Of a DNA stretch of 64,000 bases, positions 63,885 through 64,000 are shown piece by piece. The notes beneath the pieces were generated by a model that made no database searches, was not told the origin of the DNA, and was given only the letters and a program-made list of their open reading frames with translations. Position 1 is the first letter of the stretch, and the number at the start of each line of letters is the position of its first letter. The translations under genes were made by a program, and so were the position numbers. The DNA comes from Spirochaetota bacterium (GTDB lineage Bacteria; Spirochaetota; UBA4802; UBA5550), in contig JAFGJX010000067.1 of NCBI GenBank assembly GCA_016928865.1, forward strand, positions 55,618 to 119,617, written 5' to 3'.

Positions 63885-64000
63885 AGGCTCTCCTGGTCGG
63901 CGCGTCATTCGTATTGACCATGACAGGTTGTTTAATATTTTCAAGATATTTTTATGTTATTGTGAAAATTTAATCCACGTCTGAAACTGTCCCGATATCG

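Noticed and set aside
1-64000. Search for CRISPR arrays, tRNA/rRNA genes, IS elements, integrases, prophage or known defence-system genes
   Set aside because: No repeat-spacer periodicity, no tRNA-like T-arm/acceptor patterns, and no transposase, integrase or phage-type ORFs were seen. The window reads as core chromosome rather than a mobile or defence island. This scan was by eye, so tRNAscan-SE, Infernal, minced and DefenseFinder should be run to confirm.

Overview
This 64-kb segment looks chromosomal and comes from a diderm bacterium, shown by a type II secretion system (T2SS), an AsmA-like protein, lipoproteins and outer-membrane-like proteins. Its gene content suggests an anaerobic or microaerotolerant lifestyle. 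I found no rRNA, tRNA, CRISPR array, transposase, integrase or phage genes.

Layout:
1. 1-10.9 kb is an oxygen/ROS-defence island. It holds cysE, a single-Cys NADH oxidase/CoA-disulfide reductase (CoADR)-type flavoprotein and a HesB-like gene with an in-frame UGA. It also holds a co-directional string running from a Fur/PerR-like regulator through rubredoxin, cydAB and desulfoferrodoxin to rubrerythrin. A pentaheme lipoprotein cytochrome c, bcp, ogg and a ferritin-like diiron protein complete the island.
2. 10.9-31 kb is housekeeping and envelope genes: pepA, rnr, a FabK/nitronate monooxygenase (NMO)-like gene, acyl-CoA dehydrogenase, nnr, a LysM/M23 peptidase, a TPR protein, a RumA-type methyltransferase, and several lipoproteins including one built from four pre-peptidase C-terminal (PPC) domains.
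3. 31.2-34.9 kb is dnaG-rpoD.
4. 34.9-37.2 kb is a gpsA gene fused to a PlsB-like domain.
5. 37.2-59.4 kb is an uninterrupted 22-kb minus-strand array. It contains a complete 12-gene T2SS (gspC-N), an IspH-UbiA-like fusion, aroE, folC, a three-gene module around a LOG/TIGR00725 protein, an FGGY kinase and a sphingosine-1-phosphate-lyase-like PLP enzyme.
6. 59.6-63.9 kb is an AsmA-like protein and a CHASE2 class III nucleotide cyclase.

Most noteworthy observations:
- A selenoprotein gene that the ORF track misses.
- A frameshifted rubredoxin and a truncated flavodiiron-protein remnant in the same stress cluster.
- Two multidomain fusions (IspH-UbiA-like, GpsA-PlsB-like) whose added domains have degenerate catalytic motifs.
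- A tightly coupled module of unknown genes around a LOG-like protein.

I found no defence or mobile system. All family assignments come from reading motifs by eye and need HMM/BLAST confirmation.
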